Origin: a virus
Lineage: Duplodnaviria; Caudoviricetes
Strand: one strand, 5' to 3'
IMG/VR virus record: IMGVR_UViG_3300032225_000947
Span: 1-38,599 of that record
Length of the DNA stretch: 38,599 bases
The first letter of the stretch is position 1, and each line of letters begins with the position of its first letter. The notes beneath the pieces are model-generated. The model was given only the letters and a program-made list of their open reading frames with translations. It did no database searches and was not told where the DNA came from. Of the stretch, positions 8,588 to 15,873 are shown piece after piece. Made by a program: the position numbers and the translations under genes.

Positions 8588-9110
8588 GTGTTAGTCCCCA
8601 GAAGTAGAGATCGTGCGCGACCTCATTAACAGTGAATTCGTGTTCGCGGAACATTTCTTTTAATGGCATAACTGAAGTGAAGTCTTCAACAGTCAGGTTT
8701 TTGTAGTAGTCCCATCGCCCTACAGTGAAGGGGGAACACCACGGGTCTTGGCGGCTTGTTCCATGCTCGGGTCGACCCTCGCCGGCACAAGTAAAGACCA
8801 CTAAACCTTTAGACATTCGATGCATGTTTATGAATGTTTGTACCCAGTAGGGGTTGTGTTCAAAGCATTCAGCGCTGATGGTGATGTCAAAGCTGCGGTC
8901 GGGGTAGTCAAGGTCTTGGCCGGGAGATATGACATCTACACCGGGGCCTGGTTCTAGATCTACTCCGGTGTAGTCGCAGTTGGTGAAGTAGTCGCGGAGT
9001 GTGCCATTGATGTTGAGGCTTCCGATTTCTAGGACTTTCACGTCTTGGAAGTATTGGGGGAAGCGTTCTTTAATGCTGGTGATGTATTCCTGTTGTTCGC
9101 GGTGGCTCAT
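8580..9110 (-). CDS. Class I SAM-dependent methyltransferase (small-molecule/glycan type)
   Basis: VLEIGS.NINGT...YTGVD...GPGVDV...FDITISAECFEHNPYW. Confidence 0.85.
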   Translation of the reverse strand: MSHREQQEYITSIKERFPQYFQDVKVLEIGSLNINGTLRDYFTNCDYTGVDLEPGPGVDVISPGQDLDYPDRSFDITISAECFEHNPYWVQTFINMHRMSKGLVVFTCAGEGRPEHGTSRQDPWCSPFTVGRWDYYKNLTVEDFTSVMPLKEMFREHEFTVNEVAHDLYFWGLTHE

Positions 9111-9502
9111 GGTTTCTCTCCGTCCATAATCATCATCCCGATGTAGTGAGCAACGTTCACTGTCACCGCATTACCCATCTGCTTGTAACGGTTAGAGTCG
9201 GCTTGTCCAGCAGTCCAATTGTCTGGGAAGCCTTGTAGCCTTTCGCACTCTAATGGAGTGAGCCTACGAACTCCTTGACTATTCATTGCGGCCATCCCCC
9301 CCCCTCCAGTGCGTAGTGTTGGTGTGACAGATTCTGATGCTTGTATATCTAATCCTTGAGTGTGACTGAAAGTAATAATTACTGTCGCGCGTGTCTCCGT
9401 AGCGTTATCAAAGGCGTTCAATGTTGGACTCACCCCCCCCCGCACCCATGTCTCATGGTCTTCATCACTCATGGCTCTTCGTGATTTCGTCCACACGTCC
9501 AT
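9107..9502 (-). CDS. C5 DNA methyltransferase C-terminal subunit (TRD-like cassettes plus motifs IX-X)
   Basis: RRLTPLECERLQGFP (IX) and YKQMGNAV (X); SPTL/TPTL cassettes; own GGGGAG RBS. Confidence 0.85.
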   Translation of the reverse strand: MDVWTKSRRAMSDEDHETWVRGGVSPTLNAFDNATETRATVIITFSHTQGLDIQASESVTPTLRTGGGGMAAMNSQGVRRLTPLECERLQGFPDNWTAGQADSNRYKQMGNAVTVNVAHYIGMMIMDGEKP

Positions 9503-10376
9503 TTGTCTCCCCGATGATTAGCATGTCGTTGTAGGCGTCCTGCCCGTTGTATGAGCCGGGGTGTGCGCCAGCTGTGAACGTTCCGACTGTTGCCTGGTAA
9601 GTACGAGAGATTCCGTGTCGGGGTCGTAACGTATCCCGGTTCCGGTTGTCACGGTGCTGGCTACTTCTTGCATGCTGCTGCTGCTCGCCAGTCTCTCTCT
9701 CTCTCTCTGCTATTACTAAGTGATTGGCTTGTCCGGCATTGTCGTCAGGACCACCGCTTCCAAAGCCCTTTGTAAGGCTTCCGGCAATGTCCGACCGCGC
9801 CGGTTGGCGCGCCTCAAGATGCCTTGGCACGCCCTCGCGCTCAAGAAATAACGCTCGTCCACTGTCTCCTCCAGAACGTCCGATAATGAACAAGCGACGG
9901 CGGCGTTGGGGGACTCCGAAGAACTGCGAATCCAGAACCCTCCACTCGAGGTGGCTATACCCTGCGTCGGCCAACGCAGTGAGGATGACTCCGAAATCGC
10001 GCCCTCCGTTGCTTGATAGAAGTCCTGGCACATTCTCCAAGACGATGAGTCGCGCTTGGACATGGGACGCGAAAGAGAGTGCGTCCCAGAACAAGCCAGT
10101 TCGTTCCCCAGCAAGACCTGCACGTCTTCCTGCGACGGATACGTCTTGGCAGGGGAATCCTCCGCAAACAAGGTCGGTTCTTCCCACGAGGCCCAGCTCA
10201 TCGGCCCACTCCTTCGCTGTTGTTACGTCATCGTGTTTAGGTACTTTTGGCCAGTGCTTTTCTAGGATTGCGCGAGCGTTTTTATCTATTTCTACTTGGC
10301 CGAGGCAGGTCATTCCTGCTTGCTCAAAGCCGAGGTCAAAGCCTCCAACTCCTGCGAATAGGCTGACGAATCTCAT
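9465..10376 (-). CDS. C5 DNA methyltransferase N-terminal catalytic subunit (motifs I-VIII)
   Basis: FAGVGG (I), GGFPCQD (IV), ENVPG (VI), PQRRRRLF (VIII); lacks IX-X. Confidence 0.9.
   Translation of the reverse strand: MRFVSLFAGVGGFDLGFEQAGMTCLGQVEIDKNARAILEKHWPKVPKHDDVTTAKEWADELGLVGRTDLVCGGFPCQDVSVAGRRAGLAGERTGLFWDALSFASHVQARLIVLENVPGLLSSNGGRDFGVILTALADAGYSHLEWRVLDSQFFGVPQRRRRLFIIGRSGGDSGRALFLEREGVPRHLEARQPARSDIAGSLTKGFGSGGPDDNAGQANHLVIAERERETGEQQQHARSSQHRDNRNRDTLRPRHGISRTYQATVGTFTAGAHPGSYNGQDAYNDMLIIGETNGRVDEITKSHE
9518..9673 (-). CDS. Out-of-frame 51-codon TRD-like cassette (MQEVASTVTTGTGIRYDPDTESLVL...)
   Basis: Read by hand in the +1 frame just downstream of the (AG)8 tract; resembles the in-frame cassettes. 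Confidence 0.4.
   Translation of the reverse strand: MQEVASTVTTGTGIRYDPDTESLVLTRQQSERSQLAHTPAHTTGRTPTTTC
9692..9708. repeat. (AG)8A microsatellite in the MTase variable region
   Basis: tctctctctctctctct on + strand, encoding ERERE. Confidence 0.9.
9716..10201 (-). CDS. Nested alternative-frame protein inside the MTase gene, resembling the M.EcoHK31I beta polypeptide
   Basis: 161 stop-free codons in the +1 frame; SLRWPTQG...CSLSDVLE...YFLSARACQGILRRA.RRG..LP..L pattern (resemblance recalled, not searched). Confidence 0.65.
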   Translation of the reverse strand: MSWASWEEPTLFAEDSPAKTYPSQEDVQVLLGNELACSGTHSLSRPMSKRDSSSWRMCQDFYQATEGAISESSSLRWPTQGIATSSGGFWIRSSSESPNAAVACSLSDVLEETVDERYFLSARACQGILRRANRRGRTLPEALQRALEAVVLTTMPDKPIT

Positions 10377-10489
10377 TTTTTTCCTTTGTTGCGCCAGCGG
10401 CGTTCATCAATCTCGGCACAAATCCACCATGTCACAGACCAGACAATGAAAGCCGTTACGCATATCGCGGGGAATATGACCAGAATCAT
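10373..10489 (-). CDS. 38-aa single-TM protein (MILVIFPAICVTAFIVWSVTWWICAEIDERRWRNKGKK)
   Basis: Read by hand; ATGA overlaps at both ends. Confidence 0.6.
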   Translation of the reverse strand: MILVIFPAICVTAFIVWSVTWWICAEIDERRWRNKGKK

Positions 10490-10869
10490 TCGGTCACCGC
10501 TGGCCGGCAGATCGCGCACTTCTCAACGGTTAGATACTTGACCTCAATATTCGGGTCGGGATCAATCCAGCCTTTGTAACACAAGCGGTGAGTGCATTTG
10601 CATCCAGTCCTACCGCAATGAGAATCAAGATCAACATGGTTAATGATCTTCAGACGTGAGTGATCACCCCAAGCCTTATTCAATGCTGATGGGATCAGCA
10701 TGTCTCCGGTCTTACCGTAATGGTTCTTGACGTATTCGCTTGCCCATGTGGTTTCCATACGGTTATCAAGGACATTGCTCCATGCCATGACGGTTGCTTC
10801 ATCGGGCTGTATACGTCCGTCAAGCGATCCGACGAAAGTTAGCATCACTGCAACTTCAGTTATGTTCAT
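10486..10869 (-). CDS. Putative helicase loader/inhibitor-like protein downstream of the initiator
   Basis: Position equivalent to lambda P; D.R...TVMAW..VL N-terminus and Cys-rich C-terminus. Confidence 0.5.
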   Translation of the reverse strand: MNITEVAVMLTFVGSLDGRIQPDEATVMAWSNVLDNRMETTWASEYVKNHYGKTGDMLIPSALNKAWGDHSRLKIINHVDLDSHCGRTGCKCTHRLCYKGWIDPDPNIEVKYLTVEKCAICRPAVTE

Positions 10870-11612
10870 TCGATCTCCCCTTGTCGCTGGTCTTGCTGCA
10901 TTGCCCATTCAATAAGGTTGACGCGCTGCTGCTGCTTCACTTCAGCCTTTGTCACTGGCTGCCTTGATGGTAACGGTTCGTCATCCCATCGGCCTTGATT
11001 GAGCCATGTTGCAGGGTGTGGCGTGTATTGATCTTCACGGTTGGGGTCGTGACGGAATGTGCCGGCGGCGATGATGATCTGCTCTGGGTTGGCTTTTGTG
11101 ATGGCGGTTTTCCAGGCACGTTGGGCTGCTTGCTTTCCAGCTTTGCGTGGGTAGGTATCCCAGAATTCAGCAAATTTCGTGTCCTTTTTATTTAAAGAAC
11201 CTTCACCTACACCTTCACCTTCACCTACACCTATACCAGAGATGTCGCGTGAGTCACGCCGTGAATCACGCCGTGAATCCACCCGTGAATCCTGCTTATC
11301 TAACTGGCGGCGCTTACGGCGACGATCAGACTCACGCTTCTTCTCAATATCCTCCTTGGAATACTGGTACTGGCACCAGTCATGGAACTGGAAACCGCCA
11401 TCAACCTCATCCCACAGGCCAGCCTCAACCAGTTCGCTAGAGATGGTGTCATTGCCTTTGATGATGGCTAATGCGTCATGGGGGATGAATCCGTCGGTCA
11501 GATACCTGCCAGACCAACTGCCGGCGAACACCCACGCCCTAACGGCTTCAGCAGATAGGCGCATCATTTTCGGGTGGAAAGCCACACCGTCATCAACTTT
11601 AAAATATGTCAT
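10866..11612 (-). CDS. Phage replication initiator (lambda O/RepA-like)
   Basis: FKVDD...HPK...LTDGFIP HTH; FAEFWDTYPRK..K..A..AW and HPATWLNQGRWDDE; internal iterons. Confidence 0.8.
   Translation of the reverse strand: MTYFKVDDGVAFHPKMMRLSAEAVRAWVFAGSWSGRYLTDGFIPHDALAIIKGNDTISSELVEAGLWDEVDGGFQFHDWCQYQYSKEDIEKKRESDRRRKRRQLDKQDSRVDSRRDSRRDSRDISGIGVGEGEGVGEGSLNKKDTKFAEFWDTYPRKAGKQAAQRAWKTAITKANPEQIIIAAGTFRHDPNREDQYTPHPATWLNQGRWDDEPLPSRQPVTKAEVKQQQRVNLIEWAMQQDQRQGEIE
11183..11292. repeat. Probable replication origin: four 12-bp-period iterons, 6-bp repeats and a short AT-rich tract
   Basis: cgtgagtcacgc/cgtgaatcacgc/cgtgaatccacc/cgtgaatcc at 11248-11292; (ccttca/cctaca)n at about 11200-11235; ctttttatttaaag. 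Confidence 0.65.
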
Positions 11613-11666
11613 TAACACTCCCCTTGTCTGGTATGTTTATATCACCGTTCACTCCCCGTGTCGGCA

Positions 11667-11709
11667 GAGTAGCCCCCGTGAGCTTGCCAAGAGACTCCGG
11701 GGGCTACTC
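11667..11709. other. 12-bp perfect stem-loop upstream of the initiator gene
   Basis: gagtagcccccg ... cgggggctactc, intergenic. Confidence 0.6.
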
Positions 11710-11712
11710 CTT

Positions 11713-12054
11713 TTAGGTAGCCACAAGGACGGTTTGTGATCTTCCTGATCTCCCTGGTCGGCGTTCCCCTGAATCACGAATGAGACCCTTACGTTTCAGT
11801 GAGGCTGGCCGTGCCGTAATGGATGAGTAGGACAGGTGTGAGAACTTTTCTAAGAGTTCGTCGGCGGTCATGCCTTGTTCCCCAGATTCTCGTATTGCCT
11901 GTAATACGAGCGCTTCAAGGTCGTTCGGCTTGATGCTCGCTGCTGCCTGATGGGAAGTTATTGGATCTGTCGTACGGGATAGTGGCGGGTTGCAGATGAC
12001 GCAAAGACTATTGCCACGGCATCCGCAGGGTACTTGTATGTTGAAAAGGCTCAT
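11713..12054 (-). CDS. Winged-helix DNA-binding protein
   Basis: RTTDPITSHQAA...GMTADEL...SITARPASLKRKGLIRDSGERR. Confidence 0.7.
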   Translation of the reverse strand: MSLFNIQVPCGCRGNSLCVICNPPLSRTTDPITSHQAAASIKPNDLEALVLQAIRESGEQGMTADELLEKFSHLSYSSITARPASLKRKGLIRDSGERRPGRSGRSQTVLVAT

Positions 12055-12689
12055 TTCCCCGGACATCCCAGAATCCCTGTCTGATCGTAGAAATTGCAGT
12101 AATCCCGACAGAACCGGACAGGCTTCTCCGGATCAGGAGGAAATAACTGATCCTTCACTTCCCTCAGCCACGAGATTCCCTCAAGTGCCATATCTTCGTC
12201 GTAATCCTCCACATGGGTAACGATGTCTAGTTCGTTTCCATCCCGTGGGATGCCGACAAGCTGCACGCTCGTGGTCTCAAATCCTGACCCGTTGAGCATC
12301 CACGCATACAGCTGGACCTGCATCCGCTGTTGGTCGCTGGGGAAACTGGAGAGGTTCTTCTTCGTGGTGGTCTTCCAGTCCACTACCTGCTTCTCAGCAA
12401 TGTCGTAGCAGTCAACGTGCCCCATGAGGCCATCCCGGTGAACCTCAACCTCAAGAAGGTACTTATCTTCGAAGGGGTCGGTCTTGATGATCTCGGCTTC
12501 AATGGCTTTGTGTATGGAGGTTCCCATCCATGCAGCCATGCGTAACGTGTCGTGGTTGATGGTGGGTGTTTGCTGGAGTCGGTGCCAGACTTTCCTGCGG
12601 CATCCGCCGATCTCGCTCGGCCCAACCTCAACCTGGTTATCGCGTGCTGACTTTCCGCGCACGATGTCAACGATCTTGTTACGGTTCAT
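12051..12689 (-). CDS. Cas4/RecB-like PD-(D/E)xK exonuclease
   Basis: GPSEIGGCRR, GTSIH, GHVD, VVDWKT, QVQLYA, C-terminal CxxxC...C. Confidence 0.88.
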   Translation of the reverse strand: MNRNKIVDIVRGKSARDNQVEVGPSEIGGCRRKVWHRLQQTPTINHDTLRMAAWMGTSIHKAIEAEIIKTDPFEDKYLLEVEVHRDGLMGHVDCYDIAEKQVVDWKTTTKKNLSSFPSDQQRMQVQLYAWMLNGSGFETTSVQLVGIPRDGNELDIVTHVEDYDEDMALEGISWLREVKDQLFPPDPEKPVRFCRDYCNFYDQTGILGCPGK

Positions 12690-12874
12690 GCTTTCTTCTT
12701 TCTGCCGCGTTGGGAACTGTCAAAGAACTTGATCTCGATGCCGCGCTTCTTGGCCCTGTAGAGGGTCCTAGCAAGGCTTCGAGGTTTCATGTCTAGCCGG
12801 TGGGCTGCGACGAGGACATCACCGTTATGTTCGGGGTAGGTCCACATGAAGTCTTCGACCATGTTGTATCTCAT
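12686..12874 (-). CDS. Small HTH-like protein
   Basis: AAHRLDMKPRSLARTLYRA; ATGA-coupled. Confidence 0.55.
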   Translation of the reverse strand: MRYNMVEDFMWTYPEHNGDVLVAAHRLDMKPRSLARTLYRAKKRGIEIKFFDSSQRGRKKKA

Positions 12875-13239
12875 GCTGACTCAATTGCTGTGCGTACAGA
12901 TGTGCCGATGGATCGGGCGATGTCTACTTGTGTGCGTACACGCTGGAGGTTGGCCCGTGAAGCCTTGACGACGGCTTCGGCAGTGGACAGTGCCGTGAGT
13001 TCTACCCGCGTGTCAAGGGTGGCTTGATCCTCAATCTCGCCGACCGTTGGTTTGCTTCCAGCTTCAATCCCGGCCTGCCTCAGACGCATTCGTGCCTTGG
13101 CAACGGCGATCTCGTAGTCGGTTTTTGCGACGTGGTATTGGCGTTCTCCTTGTGCGAGTTCCAAGGTGGCGTTGTCTAGGTCGGTGTTGAGTTGTAGTAG
13201 TCGGCGTTCTACTTGGGCGGGGGTGATGATGTCGGTCAT
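12871..13239 (-). CDS. Coiled-coil hypothetical protein
   Basis: TPAQVERRL...IARSIGTSVR helical pattern; ATGA-coupled. Confidence 0.7.
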   Translation of the reverse strand: MTDIITPAQVERRLLQLNTDLDNATLELAQGERQYHVAKTDYEIAVAKARMRLRQAGIEAGSKPTVGEIEDQATLDTRVELTALSTAEAVVKASRANLQRVRTQVDIARSIGTSVRTAIESA

Positions 13240-13382
13240 TTGTTCCCTTTCGGTGGGCGGAGTTTCCAAGTGGATGGTTTCTGTGAGGGGGTTTGTCTGG
13301 GGTTGGTGTTGATTTGTTCTGTGGATTTACGGAGTTCTCTGGCGGCGCGTTTGATTTCTGCTCGCCAAGGGTCACGGCTCAT
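13236..13382 (-). CDS. 48-aa basic hypothetical protein (MSRDPWRAEIKRAARELRK...)
   Basis: Read by hand; ATGA overlaps at both ends. Confidence 0.55.
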   Translation of the reverse strand: MSRDPWRAEIKRAARELRKSTEQINTNPRQTPSQKPSTWKLRPPKGNK

Positions 13383-13594
13383 GGTTTCGCCAGTAGTTGA
13401 TGTAACGCGGCGAGGGCATCGAGACGACGCATCTGAGGATTGAACGACGCTATGACTGTTATTGCTTGACAGATTGCCGCTTCACGCTCATAAGACAAGT
13501 AGTCCTCAAAGTTTGATAAGTCCTCTGGCTGTATGTGGGGACCGATGCACTTGGAGACACTTAGGCAAAAAGGACAGCAATAGTTATCGCTCAA
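13379..13594 (-). CDS. Cys-containing small protein, paralogous to 13591-13881
   Basis: CPFC; DALAAL...KP C-terminus. Confidence 0.55.
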   Translation of the reverse strand: MSDNYCCPFCLSVSKCIGPHIQPEDLSNFEDYLSYEREAAICQAITVIASFNPQMRRLDALAALHQLLAKP

Positions 13595-13881
13595 GGCTTC
13601 TCCTGATTTAAGTTGATATGTTCAATTACTTTCGCCCCGGGTGTATCAACTTGCTGTAGGGCACGCAGGGCGGCGAGGGCATCGTCGCGCTCAATGCGGT
13701 ACTTCCATGGCCCCTCGTAGCGTCGGTGCCATGACGTTGACTCGCAGGCCGCTACTGCTGCAATGCACTTGACGAGCACGTCCTCACGCACCTTGATGAT
13801 TACTGAGCAGGCGACGCATCTTTCCGCTGGGATAGGAATGACTTGCGTATACAACTTAACGCATAGCGGGTCGTGGGTCAT
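13591..13881 (-). CDS. Cys-containing small protein (MTHDPLC...)
   Basis: AGGAG RBS; HDPLC...CxxC...VRED...DALAAL...QEKP. Confidence 0.65.
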   Translation of the reverse strand: MTHDPLCVKLYTQVIPIPAERCVACSVIIKVREDVLVKCIAAVAACESTSWHRRYEGPWKYRIERDDALAALRALQQVDTPGAKVIEHINLNQEKP

Positions 13882-14047
13882 GGCTTCTCCTGATCGGGGT
13901 TTATTGATCTTGACGTATAGGGATTAACGCATTACTCGTATAGGGAAAGGACCGGGGAGCAGGTACACCTAGCCAGAGGCCCAGCATCATGGGTGTCCTT
14001 ACCGGAAGGGGGTCCTGAAGAAACGGCTTGACTCCCCGGCCCTAGGT

Positions 14048-14698
14048 CTAGGACTTCAGTTCAGCGACACGAGACATGATGACCTCACGCACCGTCGTCC
14101 CGTTGATCTCAAGGTCGAGGATGGCCTCGTTCTCACGGTAGATGTCCCTAAGCACCGTGTCCGTCTCAGCCTTAGCAACTGCCTTAGAGAGCGCCTGGAA
14201 CTGCTCAGCTGTGATCGTGGGCGGTGCCGGCGGCTCATAGTCCTCGGGTGGGCAGAGCGTGTAGCCGACAACGTCCTGCCTACTGCCATCGTTGTACAGG
14301 GAGAGGCCGAAGGCTGTTCCGATGTTCATTGCGGCTCTCTTGAGCGCATCAGAGGATGCGGACTTCAAGCTGGTGTCGTGAGCATCCCCTCGCTGCGGAA
14401 GGCTCGCAGAACCTACCGCTGCTTCCGTATAGGTCGCCGCAGAGTAAGAGTCAAAGATGCTCAACTTGAGTGTCACCTTGTAGCCGACGTTCCACTGGCC
14501 CTTTTCGTTCTTCTCCTCGAAGACAAGTTCGCTGGATAGCACGTCAGCGGACCAGCCTAGGAATCCGAAGATCCGGTTAAGTGTCGCCCGAACGTCCCAT
14601 GCCTCAAGGTAGGAGAGGCTCCGACCCGCCTGCGACCGCTTCGCTACTCGGCTCGCTGACAAGTCCGCGAGCAAGGCTTGATATTGTTCTTTCGTCAT
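14048..14698 (-). CDS. Rad52/Rad22-family (Sak) single-strand annealing protein
   Basis: LSYLEAWDV...LNRIFGF.GWS...KSASSDALKRAA.N.G..FGLSLY. Confidence 0.9.
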   Translation of the reverse strand: MTKEQYQALLADLSASRVAKRSQAGRSLSYLEAWDVRATLNRIFGFLGWSADVLSSELVFEEKNEKGQWNVGYKVTLKLSIFDSYSAATYTEAAVGSASLPQRGDAHDTSLKSASSDALKRAAMNIGTAFGLSLYNDGSRQDVVGYTLCPPEDYEPPAPPTITAEQFQALSKAVAKAETDTVLRDIYRENEAILDLEINGTTVREVIMSRVAELKS

Positions 14699-14858
14699 TT
14701 GCCGTCCTCCACTTTCTGATGGTTGTTTCTTTCCAGACTGGTGTGCGACCGAACATGTGATCAGCCTCGGGCATGAGTCCGTCACGCCGGTAACACTTGA
14801 TGGTTTGCAGAGAAAGCCCCGTCAGCTCGGCGACCTTCTCCCTCGTCAAATACTTCAC
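14604..14858 (-). CDS. AlpA/MerR-like HTH regulator
   Basis: LTREKVAELTGLSLQTIKCYRRDGLMPEAD...GRTPVW. Confidence 0.8.
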   Translation of the reverse strand: MKYLTREKVAELTGLSLQTIKCYRRDGLMPEADHMFGRTPVWKETTIRKWRTANDERTISSLARGLVSEPSSEAVAGGSEPLLP

Positions 14859-15097
14859 GGTTCCAACTTCCAGTAGATCTCGCTAATGATTTCGGCGACC
14901 GTCGGCCAATGACCGAACTGCATGTCAATCTCCTCCTCCCACCACAACCGCATGATGGGGTCCTGGTACTCAAGTGAGGCCAGAACAATCACTTGTGTAC
15001 CGGAGTAGGTGAAGTGCAGTTCTCCCCTGTAGATGTCGAACTCAACGCCGCAGTCAATGTAGCGGGGGTTATCGTCCGTGACGTAATCAACGCTCAC
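14855..15097 (-). CDS. Hypothetical acidic protein
   Basis: GTGA-coupled member of the leftward operon. Confidence 0.6.
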   Translation of the reverse strand: MSVDYVTDDNPRYIDCGVEFDIYRGELHFTYSGTQVIVLASLEYQDPIMRLWWEEEIDMQFGHWPTVAEIISEIYWKLEP

Positions 15098-15363
15098 GAC
15101 TGCACCGCCGTATCAATCAGCAGCGCCCACTGCTCGGCAGCCTCGTCGGACACCTGCATGAAACCGATGCCTTGATTGGTAAGCCACATCTTCGCCAGCA
15201 GCACGGCAGCGAAAGACTCGTACCAGTGGATCTCGACGTACAAGCGCATCTCGTCCAGTGTCGGCTCGGGTACGAAACGCTCAGCTTGGTCGTGCCAACC
15301 GTCCCCGAACTTCATGGACTGGTCAGAGAGATTGAGGAAGTCTCCTTTTTCGATTGCGTACAT
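15094..15363 (-). CDS. Hypothetical protein
   Basis: AAGGAG RBS; coupled to the next gene. Confidence 0.65.
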   Translation of the reverse strand: MYAIEKGDFLNLSDQSMKFGDGWHDQAERFVPEPTLDEMRLYVEIHWYESFAAVLLAKMWLTNQGIGFMQVSDEAAEQWALLIDTAVQS

Positions 15364-15372
15364 GGTTGCTCC

Positions 15373-15456
15373 TTAGTGAATGAGTCCACCGAGAACGGTG
15401 GAGAGGACGAGGATGGACAGGAGGATGAAAGCGAGACGCTTCTCGGGCTTAGTCAT
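15373..15456 (-). CDS. 27-aa membrane peptide (MTKPEKRLAFILLSILVLSTVLGGLIH)
   Basis: Read by hand; fills the gap between two operon genes. Confidence 0.45.
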   Translation of the reverse strand: MTKPEKRLAFILLSILVLSTVLGGLIH

Positions 15457-15460
15457 CTTT

Positions 15461-15856
15461 CTAGAGGTCGACATCGTGGGCCACCATTGCGTGATCGTTC
15501 ATCCCGTAATGGGATTCCTGCACGCACTCGCCGTCCTGCCAGAGCGAAATCCATAGAGAAACGTTGTCAGTCCAAAGGATGTAGGTGGAATCTTTGGAGT
15601 TAACCTCAACTTCGTAATGGTAGAGAAGCGAGCCGGAGCCACTCAAGCTGCACAGTGGTCCTGATGTTGGAGTGCGCCAGCGTTCATGGATTGCACGAAT
15701 TGTTGGCGCCAGGATTGCCCAAGCGGCTAGTTCGGTGGGGTTAACCGGCTGGTCGTAATGGTCTGCTTTGCATGATGGGCAGAAGCAGTTTTCTGTGCAT
15801 TTGTCGATGGCCTCGCAGTCGGGGCAAGGCTCCGGGAAAAGCAGGTTTAGTGTCAT
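15461..15856 (-). CDS. Hypothetical protein with N-terminal Cys cluster
   Basis: GGGGAG RBS; CPDC...C..C.CPSC. Confidence 0.65.
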   Translation of the reverse strand: MTLNLLFPEPCPDCEAIDKCTENCFCPSCKADHYDQPVNPTELAAWAILAPTIRAIHERWRTPTSGPLCSLSGSGSLLYHYEVEVNSKDSTYILWTDNVSLWISLWQDGECVQESHYGMNDHAMVAHDVDL

Positions 15857-15873
15857 TCGTTACTCCCCTAGTG

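Noticed and set aside
9465-9502. MTase split as simple pseudogenisation
   Set aside because: All catalytic motifs are intact and the downstream part has its own RBS and ATG; an assembly error cannot be fully excluded without reads.
9724-10449. 241-aa plus-strand ORF antisense to the MTase
   Set aside because: Low-complexity Arg/Ser/Pro translation with no motifs; likely a shadow of a doubly constrained region.
12051-12689. Cas4 as evidence of a CRISPR-Cas system
   Set aside because: No cas1/cas2 or array is present; solo Cas4-like exonucleases near annealing proteins are ordinary phage recombination genes.
14015-14025. Hammerhead ribozyme core (CTGAAGA/GAAAC)
   Set aside because: The two core elements overlap with no room for stem II, and they lie on the non-coding strand.
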